From assembly GCF_039654945.1 (NCBI RefSeq), contig NW_027361754.1, positions 65,596,001 to 65,660,000 on the forward strand: DNA of 64,000 nt. The letters are read 5' to 3'. The translations under genes were made by a program, and so were the position numbers. Below the pieces are notes generated by a model. It was not told where the DNA came from. It searched no databases and saw only the letters and a list, made by a program, of their open reading frames with translations. This stretch comes from Dendrobates tinctorius. Taxonomy: Eukaryota. This document shows positions 12,702 to 24,000 of this stretch, piece after piece (within the stretch, counting starts at the first letter, position 1; every line of letters begins with the position of its first letter).

Positions 12702-14874
12702 CCGTATATACTTGTGTATAAGCCGACGAGTATAAGCCAACCCCCCTAATTTTGCCACAAAAAACTGGGAAAACTTATTGACTCGTGTATAAGCCTAGGG
12801 TGGAAAATGCAGCAGCTACTGGTAAATTTCAAAAATAAACATAAATACCAGTAAAAGTAAAATTAATTGAGACATCAGTAGGTTAAATGTTTTTGAATAT
12901 CCACATTGAATCAGGAGCCCCATATAATGCTCCATACAGTTCATCATGGCCCCATAAGTTGCTCTATACAAAATACGCCCCATATAATGCTGCACAAAGG
13001 TTAATAATGCCCCCATAAGATGCACCATAGAACAATATGCCCCATATAATGCTGCACAAAGGTTAATAATGGCCCCATAAAATGCTCCATAGATTATGCC
13101 CCCATAAGATGCTCCATAGATTATGCCCCCATAAAATGCCCCATAGATTATGCCCCCATAAGATGCTCCATAGAATATGCCCCATATGCTGCTCCATAAA
13201 GCTTATGCCCCCATAAGATGCTACATAGATTATGCCCCCATAAGATGCTCCATAGAGTATTATTATTATTATTATTATTATACATTTATATAGCGCCATT
13301 TATTCCATGGCGATTTACATGTGAAAAGGGCAATTATAGACAAGTACAATAAACCTGTGCAAGACAAGGGACACACAAGTACAGAAGGAGAGAGGACCCT
13401 GCCCGCGAGGGCTCACAGTCTACAGGGATGGGTGAGGATATACTAGGAGAGAGTAGAGCTGGTTGTGCGGTGGTTCAGTAGACTGAGGATCATTGCAGGC
13501 TGTAGGCTTGTCTGAACAGGTGGGTCTTCAGGTTCTTCTTGAAGGTTTCCGTTGATGGTGAAAGTCTGATGTGTTGCGGCAGAGAGTTCCAAAGTATGGG
13601 GAAAGAACGGGAGAAGTTTTGTATGCGGTTGTGGGAAGAAGAGATGAGGGGGGAGTAGAGGAGAACTTGAGAGGGTCGAAGGTTGCGTGCGGGTAGGTAC
13701 AGGGAGACCATGTTACAGATGTATGGAGGAGACGGGTTGTGGATGGCTTTGTATGTCATGGTTAGAGTTTTGAACTGGAGTCTCTGGGCGATAGGAAGCC
13801 AGTGAAGGGCCTGGCATGGGGGGAGGCAGGGGAATAGCGGGGAGACATTAGTCGGCCAGAGTGCTGGAGGGGAGTCCAGAGAGTAGGAGGTTGCAGTAGT
13901 CGAGGCGGGAGATGATAAGGGCGTGCACTAGTGTTTTTGTGGTTTCATGGTTGAAGAATGCGCAGATCCGGGAAATATTTTTGAGTTTGAGGAGGCAAGA
14001 GCTTGGATATGTGGTTTGAAAGAGAGGGCAGAGTCAAGGATCACCCCAAGGCACCGAGCGTGTGGGACTGGGGAAAGCGAGCAGCCGTTGACATTGATGG
14101 ATAGGTCTGGTGGAGGGGTAGAGTGAGATGGGGGAAAGATGATGGATTCTGTTTTGTCCATGTTCAGTTTGAGAAAGCGAGCAGAAAAGAAGATTATGCC
14201 CCATATGCTGCCCCATAAGATGCTCCATAGATTATGCCCCCATATGCTGGCCCCATAAGATGCTCCATAGATTATGCCCCCATAAGATGCTCTATAGATT
14301 ATGCTCCCATATGCTGCTGCAAAATAAAAAAAAAAAAAAAAATGACATACTCACCTCTCGTCGCTGGGGGCCAGGTGTCGGTGTCCTGAGCAGGCGGGGA
14401 CACTGGAGCGCACCTCAGATATTCACCTGTACCCGGTCCATCGCTGCACCCGCTCTGTCTTCCGGGTCCTCTGTCAGTGACGTCCAGGCAGCACAGGGGG
14501 CGGCGCGCACTAACTACGACATATCGTGCCCTCTGCTGCCTGAACGTCACTGACAGAGGACGCGGAGGACAGAGCGGCGCGCAGTAAAGGACCGGGGACA
14601 GGTGAATATTGCATATACTTACCCCCTCCTGGCACGGTCTCTGCAGCCCCAGAATCTCCGGCAGCTCTTCCTTCCTTCACCGGTCACGTGGTACCGCTCA
14701 TTAAAGTCATGAATATGAGCATATTTATGACTTTAATGAGCGGTACCACATGACCGATGAAGGAAGGCGTGGGAGAAGCAGGGGGGCTGCAGAGACTCGC
14801 GTATAAGCCGAGAGGGGGACTTTCAGCCCAAAAAAATGGGCTGAAAATCTCGGCTTACACGCGAGTATATACGG
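12702..14874. mobile_element. Non-autonomous Tc1/mariner-superfamily element with internal ~26-30-bp tandem repeats, interrupted by an L2 fragment
   Basis: TA|CCGTATATACTTGTGTATAAGCCGA...TCGGCTTACACGCGAGTATATACGG|TA. GCCCCATAAGATGCTCCATAGATTAT repeats at about 12915-13256 and 14191-14316. Confidence 0.8.
13257..14190 (-). mobile_element. 5'-truncated L2-clade LINE
   Basis: RT C-terminal motifs (KTESIIFP, ARCLGVILDSALSF, LWNSLP..FKKNLKTHLF) and a (TAA)n tail at 13257-13280. Confidence 0.88.
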
Positions 14875-16679
14875 TAAATGACGAATTGGGCCGTTAGGAC
14901 GTAGTAGCTGATAAAGAAGTTTTGCACAGCTTCATTCTCCCAGTGCCACTCGTACGAGTCACAGAAGGAGAAATTTGGTACAACTTTTGGCTGTTCGTAC
15001 ACCAAATGGAAAAAAGTGATAAGGGACATAACAAAATGGGAAAAGTTTCACCACATTGCATAAATGGGCCTGGCACCAACATTTGTGACAAGCATTGATA
15101 GACCAGATCTGCAGAGCACAATGCTTCTGTATATTGGATGGCAGCCATGCCATGCCAAGAGGGTATCATGCATTACTCCGAGTAATGAGAAGTGGACCCA
15201 TTCCCAAAAATAGAAGTCATTTATACTGGAAGCTTCACTGTATACAGTAAATACAAGTGGAACGACAGCGTTCCCGTCTGGCTGATCTACAGGGGTAACC
15301 TGGTATCGTCACTGTACTGCAGGGTGGATCAGATACGTTGTGGCCCTACACATTGTTTCTGATCTCTCTAGGCCTTCAAGAGAAAGACTTTTTTTTAATA
15401 TTACTGTGCTCCAATAGCCATAGCTGGTTAATTTTTTGGCATTCACCGTGCAGAATAAGTGAGATGACGACTTTATGCTATAGGTCAGTAATCACCATGA
15501 TGGGTATGCAGCATAAAGCAATTAAAGGGAACCTGTCATGTCCCTAACTGCAGATATAGGGTTAATCTGCAGGTTAATAGAGTTACAATGCTCTCGGACC
15601 ACCTTAATGAAAGCTACCAGGAGCCGCCTGCTTTCAGTTATGGAGGAGTGCCAGCGCGGCATCAGTCACCGATCACTACACTGTAGGCAGCGGCTGTAAG
15701 CGCTCTGATTGACAGCTCACGGTGCAGCACATCTCTGTACAGCGGGCTGTGATTATAGAAGCTGCTCATAGGCTACTGAGCCGTGACTGATGCTGCACTG
15801 CCGCATCTCTTTAACTGAAAGCCGGCGGCTCCCGGGAAGAAGAACGTGAATTCTCCTTGTTGTTCCTAAAGGAGTAAAATGATAAATGTTTAACAAAAAC
15901 TCATATTGAAAAGGGAACGATGGGACTTACTAAAGATGACCTAAGTAGAATGAATTATTAAAGCTGACATGCTGCAGGCGGCCGCTGTTACCTTATCCAT
16001 TGTAGTGTTAGCTCCCGGTTGTCATGTCTTCATCACAAGGCTCGTCCATAAGAAATAAATGGAGAGAGCGGACAGATCTCATTGTAGTCCATGTGTGGGG
16101 TTGAGAAGAAGGAAATGCAGGAAGGAGGCAAGACCAAGACATGCGGTGTGAGGAGAAGGTGGGCATCTGGAGGTCTTGTCTGGAAGTCAGTGGACAGCTA
16201 GTTCTGCTGTAAATCCAATACAAACCATGCTGCTGACCCGATCCACCTTGAATAGATAAGTCATTTAATTAAACCAATCCATAAAATAATCTCACAAAAA
16301 AGTTACCAGTATCACCAGGTCATCAACCCCCAGAATGCCCCTAACAGATGATTCAGTGGTTTCTCATTGGAATCGTGGTGCGAAAAGGGTCACTCTTTGT
16401 GGTCTCAATGAGGATCGGATATCATATTCCCAAAAGAATGAGAATTTAGTGTTCTGCTTTGATTTGTCAACACCCTTTAGGTGTAATTAGACACAGTCTG
16501 AAGGTACGACTTACCCTTAGAAGAGCCCCCTGGTACAAAAGGAATGGATCACCAGATTCCCAAAGGAATGGGTCAACAGAGTCCCCTAGGGATATATGTG
16601 AAGAGTCCCAAAAAGGTGGGTCAATAACTTCTCAAAGGGATTGGTGATCGTGGTACTAAAGGGAGCATGGTTGTCCTCC

Positions 16680-17325
16680 CTAGGTAACTGTTCTCATGGT
16701 ACCAAAGAGATGAGTCATCATGTTCCTATGGGGATCTGCTATCGTGGTACCAAACAGATCGGTCATCGTGGTCCCAATGAGATCGATTATCCTGATACCA
16801 AAGTGATCTGTTCTCATGGTCCCAAGGGGATCTGTTCTCATGGTCCCAAGGGGATCTGTTCTCATGGTCCCAAGGGGATCTGTTCTCATACTCCCAAGGG
16901 GATCTGTTCTCATACTCCCAAGGGGATCTGTTCTCATACTCCCAAGGGGATCTGTTCTCATGGTCCCAAGGGGATCTGTTCTCATACTCCCAAGGGGATC
17001 TGTTCTCATACTCCCAAGGGGATCTGTTCTCATACTCCCAAGGGGATCTGTTCTCATGGTCCCAAGGGGATCTGTTCTCATGGTCCCAAGGGGATCTGTT
17101 CTCATACTCCCAAGGGGATCTGTTCTCATGGTCCCAAGGGGATCTGTCCTCATACTCCCAAGGGGACCTGTTCTTACTCCCAAGGGGATCTGTTCTCATG
17201 GTCCCAAGGGGATCTGTTCTTACTCCCAAGGGGATCTGTTCTCATGGTCCCAAGGGGATCTGTTCTCATGGTCCCAAGGGGATCTGTTCTCATGGTCCCA
17301 AGGGGATCTGTTCTCATGGTCCCAT
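16680..17325. repeat. 24-bp minisatellite (GGGGATCTGTTCTCATGGTCCCAA / ...CATACTCCCAA)
   Basis: About 22 near-perfect units from 16805, with degenerate units to the left. Confidence 0.95.
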
Positions 17326-17515
17326 ATTGATCAGTCGTTTGCAACCAGTTGGGTCGGTGCTGCCTTAAAGATGATAGTTGTCAGTGCCCAAAGTTCTGGG
17401 CAGCAGTGTCACCCGGTGATGTGCAGCGCCCCTCGGGTGAGAACTACACCTCCTCCTCACCCCCCACACATCCTTGTCCGGCTGCAGGATATCCCGACAC
17501 AGAGACCCCACTCAC

Positions 17516-18060
17516 ACTCACCTGTGCCCACATCCACGTCCTTGCCCACACGCTGATAATCCCTACGCTGATCCTTGAGCGCCAGGTCCGCTCCTAGACC
17601 CGACCCGTCCTCTACACTGTCAGCAGCTCCGATCCCACAGGTCACACACAGGGGTCCGGGCCCGGGACAGATCCCCGGGGAGTCCTGCCCAGTGTGAGGG
17701 GATCTCCCTCCGCCTCCTCCTTCTGCTATCTACGAGCCGCCGGGGAGGGGGGGATCGTCGTCATGGTTACAGCTTCCAGGCGACCGTGTTCGCCACAAAA
17801 TCCTTCCGTCCAGATAAAAAAAAAGTCAGTTAGGAACCAATATTGCTGTCTTGGTTGCTGGAGGGACGATGTTTTATGACGGACCGGATGTTGCATGCAC
17901 GTGAGCGCTGAGTGAGCCTGGATAAGACGGCGGAAGCATGGGGAAGCCTCGGAGGTGATGAGTGTGTGATGTGCGGGGGGTTGTTATGTGCATGTCCCGC
18001 ATAATAGAGGGTGACGTGACCTGTGACTGCGGACCCCATAGCTCTCATTTCCAGTGGAGC
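17516..18060. promoter_or_regulatory. CpG-rich, probably bidirectional promoter (UTP3 on +, CCDC30 non-coding exon 1 on -)
   Basis: CpG-dense. E-box CACGTG 17898-17903, ETS CGGAAG 17931-17936, X-box-like GTCGTCATGGTTAC 17757-17770. UTP3 ATG at 17938. Perfect minus-strand donor CAG|GTGAGT at 17522/17521. Confidence 0.6.
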
Positions 18061-21000
18061 GGTTGCTTTACGATGTGAATACGCCTTCAGCCACTTGTAG
18101 GATTACTCCCATCTTCTCTACATGGATGTTGTCCTCGTAAAGACGAGCATTTGCAGACATTCTTGAGATATTACCACTTGTCTTATGTGTGCAGCCTGTT
18201 GCCATGGAGACCGACCACCGCTGCTGCCTAATTTGTAAGCACTGCTCTGGATTCGGAGACTGCAGCGCACTCCAGCCATCCTGGCCAGCTTCAAGACAGT
18301 GCTCACAAGGGTAGAAGCACTCCACCTGTTCTGCTGTCCGGTGGTCGGTCTCCAAGGCAACGAGCTGCAAACTAAAGTGTCATATCTCAAGGATGGCTGA
18401 AAGTTTCAATAGGCTGTAAATTACAAAAGAATTGTATTTACAAGCACGATCTGACCGCACCCAGCTGTGATGGTGGGAAGAACTCCTAAGGATGCAGCTT
18501 TTTGGCCTTAAGGGCTTGCATGTTTTGTTTTCCTTTTTCCTTTCCCAACATGTCTTCTGAGAGTAATAACTTCTTTATTTCCCATCAATTATTATGGATG
18601 GGATTAATTTTTGCTTGACAAGTTTGCAGATTTCCTGTCGGCTCATAACAGCTGATCTGATTTTGATCATCTATTCTGAGGATAAGTCATCGGGATTAGT
18701 GATGACATAGGTGGCGAAATAGGAAATATTTCTTTATCAACCTCAACAGAGAGAACTTCCCTTAAGGTCCACAGATGTACAGCGCTTTTTCAGATCCTAT
18801 CAATAGAACTCAGCTACTTTACCGCAGACTTCCAAGACTAGATCCTATCTATGAACTCTCACATCTGGCTTCACCCTCACTCAAATGTCTGTTGTTGCTT
18901 TTTTTTTTTTTTGTTCCTGTACATGAAATAAAAACAGACTGATTTCCATCAGTGAGCTGGATCAGCTTGTCCTCAATATTTGGTCAGTGTAGATGTTTTT
19001 ACCATAGTGATTTTCTCATATGCCAAAAAAAATAGGAAAAGCTTTGCAATTTCTTTTTTTATCTATTTCTATGTTAAAAATGGACAGCTTTTTCAATTAT
19101 TTTTGCTGACGTGCACAATACACAAAAAACGCATTTATGAACAATAGAGATCAGCGGATCAATTCTCGGGATTCTAGTCCAGTGTCCAGGTTAGTCTTAT
19201 GCAGTGACTAGATTGGAGGCCTGCGTATCTCTTGCCTTACATTGACTCCAGTGCTGATTTTGATTAGTCAGGGTTGCTGCGATGTAATCTGCGCATCACG
19301 TCACATGTCGTGCCAGCCATGTAAAAAAAAAAAAAAAATTCCACACCGGTGATGCCGGATTTGTGGTCTCCCGTCTAACCACCACATATCATTAACCTGG
19401 ACGCTAGACTGGAGTCCTGCGAATTGATTCGCTCATCTGTTGTGAACAGCTCTTTATAGATTAGAATGGGTGCGTTTTCTATTCTTCAAAAGCCAAGCTA
19501 AGTTATGTATGTGAACAACAGACGTGTGAATTAGGTCTTTTTAGAGAGTAATCCATGATCTCAGCCAGGTAGGTTTGATTTTGAAATACTGCAGCGTTTC
19601 AGAGAAAAAGAGTTTAAAAGCCACCTGGACAGAACCACACAGGTGGCTCCAAGCTTCTTCCCACCCACTCCCCTTGAGTGACTGATCTTTACCTGAGTAC
19701 ATGTATAGTAACAGCCCTGGCAGATGTTGAGAACAAGCTAATGGGGACTCGGCTGTGTGACTATACTAGTCCCCTGCAGCTTTTAAAGTATATTTCTTTA
19801 TCGCTTCATTAGGGACACAGGTAACCATGTATGCTGCTGTCGCTAGGAGGCTGATACTACGCATAAAAAGGAAAATAGCTCTTTCTCAGCAGTATACACC
19901 CACCGACTGACTGAAACAAAGCACCTCAGTTTAACCTTAGTTTCTGTAGGAGACAAACCTGTATCTGTTCCCTGATCCTCATTTTCCTTTTCAGGTTCCC
20001 TGTGTGGTTTTATTAATCTTTTTCTTTTGTCTTTCAGGTTCTTTTCTCTTAGGTTAATGGGGGTTATTTCTCACCCTGTTTTCCCGTACTTATGCGACAG
20101 AGAGAGCAGTGTGGTGTCACCTACATTGCCCACTCTTGGGCCCGCAAGGCAGGACCTAATCCCCTGTCGCCTTTATGGGTGCTTCATGGTGATTCCTGGT
20201 GGCCGGTCCTCGCCTTTTCCCCATCCCACCCTTTTCCTTGGAGAGGGCTGGGAGGAAGATGGAGGTCACCAAGCGGTGGCCTTCCCTGTTCTTGCAAGGG
20301 GTTAACGACTTCTGCACCATCTGGAGATGGTGCGGGAAGGAGGATCCCTGATTCCAGTGGCCCTCCTCCACCCGAGGGCTCCTGATACTGTCCTCATTGC
20401 TGCAGAGGGACCGAGACTCATCGCACAGGTATGCCTCCTTCCTTTCCCTCCGCAGCTGCAGGCGTCATTCCCGGGAACACTGCCCCTTCATCGCAACGGG
20501 ACAGGCCGGCAGCCGTGGCCATTTTTCCCGTGGCCGGTGTCTCCCCCTCATTTTGCTGGCCTCACCCTTTCCCGGTTTGTCTATTGCCAATCACCGTCGC
20601 GCGTTTGAATCGCGCGCTCTTTCCATCCAATAGGAGGTAGTTTCTTTCTCCTCTTCTTCTCGGTCTGACCACGCCCTCCGCAGCATGCACTTTTTCGGCA
20701 CGTTTTTCCGCTCCTATCACAGAGCTTCTCCTTCCTGGCTGTTCGCCCGTGGCATGTCAGCCAATCGGACCGGGACTTTCGTTTTCACCGGCCGGCAAAT
20801 CTTCCTGCCTGTTCTCGCCCCTGGCGTGTCAACCTCTAGGATCCTCGCATTCTCGTTTACTGGCCGTCAGTCTACAGTGCATTGGACATGCGATGACACA
20901 GCCAGAGGCTAAATCAGCTTCTTCACACCTCCATATCCTGCACAGGGGGGACACAGTCATCCACAGTTTTTTCCTGCTGGTCGTTGCTGGCTCTGCTCTC

Positions 21001-24000
21001 TTTATCTTGGCTCCTCCACAGCATTATTCCAAGGCTTAACTTATGCCCAAACCTAGAGAGGCTTCTTTTTTCCCCTGTAAGCCAACTGTGATTCATTACG
21101 CCTGAGCCCTCTGCAAAAGAAAGTGGTCTTCAGGCCAGCCTTCCCCTTTCTGCCTGTCCTGCAGCCCTTCCACCATGTCTGCCCCACAGGAACACCATAA
21201 CGCCCTACGGAGTGGGCTATTGCCATGTCTCAGTTGGTCTCCGACCTGACAAACGTATCATGTCCCTGGTCCAGGTCCTGGAATGTCTTCCACATTTGTC
21301 TACCGCCACCAGTGCTCCGAACGCCTTTCAAGGTGATCTGCGTGCACCTGACCACGACATTCACTGGTATAAATCGGGTACAAACCAAGGAAGCGGGCTC
21401 TTTCCAATTCTTCCTCCAGTTCTCTGTGTCCCTCTGCATCCTCGAGGATGCATTCCTCACCCCATGCCCCCTCCTCGGAGGCGGCTTTTGGGTTGGATGC
21501 GGATACCCAGTCTGAGTCCGATACGGATCATATCTCAAAAATGCAGGTTATGGTCACTAGCCTTATCTTGGCTATTACCCAAACCCTGCATCTAAAGGAG
21601 GACGAGGCACCTGCTCAGGAACATTTCATTTTCCGTTTCCTTCAAACGGGTAAAACGTCCTTTCCGGAATTTTCCCAATCACAGGGAATTTGAAGCGATT
21701 ATGTGTAAACATTGGGAGCACCCTGAAAAGCGCTTCCCGGGAAGGAAGCAGCTAGATATTCTCTAGCCCTTTAGCCCAGACCTAGTTGTAGATGGACAGA
21801 GTCCCCTAATGTGAATCCGCCGATTTCTCACCTGTCTTCTAAGACAGTCTTGTTTTTACCGGATGGTGCATCTCTTAACCCCTTAAGCCCCAAGGGTGGT
21901 TTGCACGTTCATGAATAGGCCAATTTTTACAATTCTGACCACTGTCCCTTTATGAGGTAATAACTCTGAAACGCTTCCATGGATCCCGGTGATTCTGACA
22001 TTGTTTTCTCGTGACATATTGTACTTCATGTTAGTGGTAAAATTTCATTCAAATAACTTGCGTTTATTTGTGAAAAAAGCAGAAATTTGGTGAAAATTTT
22101 GAAAATTTCGCAATTTTCCAAATTTGAATTTTTATGCCCTTAAATCACAGAGATACGGCACACCAAAAACTTAATAAGTAACATTTCCCACATGTTTACT
22201 TTACATCAGCACAATTTTGGAACCAAAATTTTTTTTTTTTAGGAAGTTATAAGGGTTAAAAATTGACCAGCGATTTCTCATTTTTACAACACCATTTTAT
22301 TTTTACGGACCACATCACATTTGAAGCCACTTTGAGGGGTATATATGATAGAAAATACCCAAAAGTGACACCATTCTAAAAACTGCACCCCTTAAGGTGC
22401 TCAAAACCACATTCAAGAAGATTATTAACCCTTTAGGTGCGTCATAGGAATTTTTTGAATATTTAAAAAAAAAATGAACATTTAACTTCACAAAAAAAAT
22501 ACTTCAGGTTAAATTTTTTTTATTTTACCAATAGTAACAGGAGAAATTGTACTGCAAAATTTATTGTGCAATTTGTCCTGAGTACGCTGATATGTGGGGG
22601 GAACCACTGTTTCGGCGCATGGCTGAGCTCAGAAGGGAAGGAGCGCCGTTTGTCTTTTTTCAATGCAGAATTGGCTGGAATTCAGATCGGACGCCATGTC
22701 ACGTTTGGAGAGCCCCTGATGTACCTAATCAGTGGAAACCCCCCACAAGTGACCCCATTTTGGAAACTAGACCCCCCCCCCAAGAAACTTATCTAGATAT
22801 GTGTTGAGAACTTTGAATACACAAGGGCTTCACAGAACTTTATAACGTACAGCGGTACAAATAAAAAAAATCATATTTTTTCCACAAAAATGATCTTTTC
22901 ACCCCCAATTTTTATTTTCCCAAGGGTAACAGGACCCTAAAAGTTACTGTGCAATTTGTCCTGAGTACGCTGATACCCCACATGTGGGGGTAAACCACTA
23001 TTTGGGCACATGGCAGAGCTCAGAAGGGAAGCAGCGCCATTTGACATTTTTGGCTGGAATTGAGATCGGACACCATGTAGCGATTGGAAAACCCCTGCTG
23101 TAACAAAACAGTGGAAACCACCCACAAATGACACCATTTTGGAAACTAGACCCCCCCCAAGGAACTTATCTAGATGTGTGGTGAGCAATTTGACCCCTCC
23201 AGTGCTTCACAGAAGTTTATAATGCCCGGGCGTGAAATTAAAAAAATCGTATTTTTTTTCCGCAAACATGATCAATTAGTCCCCAATTTATTTTCCCAAG
23301 GGTAACAGGAGAAATTGGACCCCAAAAGTTGTTGTCCTATTTGTCCTGAGTATGTTGATACCCCATATGTGGGAGAAAACTACTGTATGGGCACACGTCG
23401 GGTCTCGGAAGGGAAGTAGTGACGTTTTGGAATGCAGACTTTGATGGAATCGTCTGCGGGTGTCGTGTGTTTGGAGAGCCCCTGATGTACCTAAACTATT
23501 GAAACTCCCCACAAGTGACCCCATTTTGGACACTAGACCCCCCACGGAACTTATCTAGATGTGTGGTGAGCACTTTGAACCCCCAAGTGCTTCACAGAAG
23601 TTTATAACGTCCGGGCGTGAAATAAAAAAAACATTTTTTTCCACAAAAATATTTTTGCCCCCAATTTTTTATTTTCCTAAGGGTAACAGGAGAAATTGGA
23701 CCCCAAAAGTTGTTTTGCAATTTGTCCTGAGTAGGCTGATACCCCATATGTGGGGGTAAAACACTGTTTGGGCGCATGGCAGAGCTTGGAAGGGAAGGAC
23801 CACCATTTGACTTTTTCAACTCAGAATTGTCTGGAATTGAGATCAGACGCCTTGTTGCATTTGGAGAGCACCTGATGTGCCCAAACAGTGGAAACCCCCA
23901 ATTCTAACTCCAACCCTAACCCCAACACACCCCTAACCCTAATCTCAGCCCTGGCCCTGGCCCTAGCCCTACCCCTTACCCTAATGAGAAAATGGAAATA

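Noticed and set aside
16641-17556. GICSHGPK / MRTDPLG repeat proteins
   Set aside because: Translations of the 24-bp minisatellite.
21077-21175. Apparent GTAAGC...CTGCAG intron before a Kozak ATG in DIRS-A
   Set aside because: The segment encodes the decayed Gag zinc finger (YA*ALCK...PFCLSC), homologous to family C; the gag start is upstream at 21043.
23905-23985. Interstitial telomere or chromosome fusion scar
   Set aside because: Short, degenerate and present at the same position in both transposon copies, so it is TE-internal.
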